Under the pieces are notes generated by a model. It saw nothing but the letters and a program-made list of their open reading frames with translations, was not told the DNA's origin and searched no databases. Positions 18,816-20,206 of a stretch of DNA of 20,206 bases are shown here, one piece after another. The translations under genes were made by a program, and so were the position numbers. The DNA comes from a virus (lineage: Duplodnaviria > Heunggongvirae > Uroviricota > Caudoviricetes): IMG/VR virus record IMGVR_UViG_2667527827_000004, positions 1-20,206 of that record. One strand, written 5' to 3'. Within the stretch, counting starts at the first letter, position 1. The number at the start of each line of letters is the position of its first letter.

Positions 18816-19178
18816 CATTATTACCTTTTGAAGAAGTTAGCCCTTGGGCAGAATGGTCCGAAAAAAAATATCAGAGAGAAAAACCAACAAGGAAATCTCA
18901 AGAGGTACAAATAATAAAATTATAACAATGACTGCTTCAGATAATTTTGTAACAAACCAGAACACCATTAACGCATGATTAACCAACCATAGCAAGGATT
19001 ACTTTTGTAAAGAAAAACACACGAATGAAACAATAGCTTTATTTATTAATAAAACGTGTCATTCTGTCTAATGACCTTTTATCTTACCCTTAAGATTTCA
19101 AGGATTTTGACTCATGGAAGAGTCCTTTTTATTTAAATTTCACATTCAGCGCTAAAAATAATCCGATTTAATATTAAT

Positions 19179-20206
<1,028 letters not shown>

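Overview
The window is a composite of two unrelated pieces joined by a 10-N scaffold gap (3476..3485). Left of the gap (1..3475) is the Escherichia coli chromosomal tomB-acrB locus, all on the minus strand: complete tomB, a ~545-bp AT-rich intergenic region, the acrB terminator, and acrB truncated at about codon 199 by the gap. Right of the gap (3486..20206) is about 16.7 kb of a lambdoid (lambda/Qin-like) prophage late region, also entirely on the minus strand. Reading in the direction of transcription it carries a SAR-type endolysin, Rz with embedded Rz1, an AT-rich cargo cluster (cspI, a small zinc-ribbon ORF, a ynfN-like ORF, gnsB, a 68-aa ORF), a lambda-like cos site, terminase small and large subunits, W, portal, a ClpP-protease/major-capsid fusion, a DUF2190-like decoration protein, FII-like, Z-like, U, V, G and T, tape measure H, M, and the first 100 codons of L. 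I see no CRISPR array, tRNA, rRNA, transposase or recognisable multi-gene defence system. The most interesting unexplained element is a small Ogr/Delta-like zinc-finger ORF overlapping the cspI stop codon. All identifications are by eye and recall from the translated ORFs; no database search was run.
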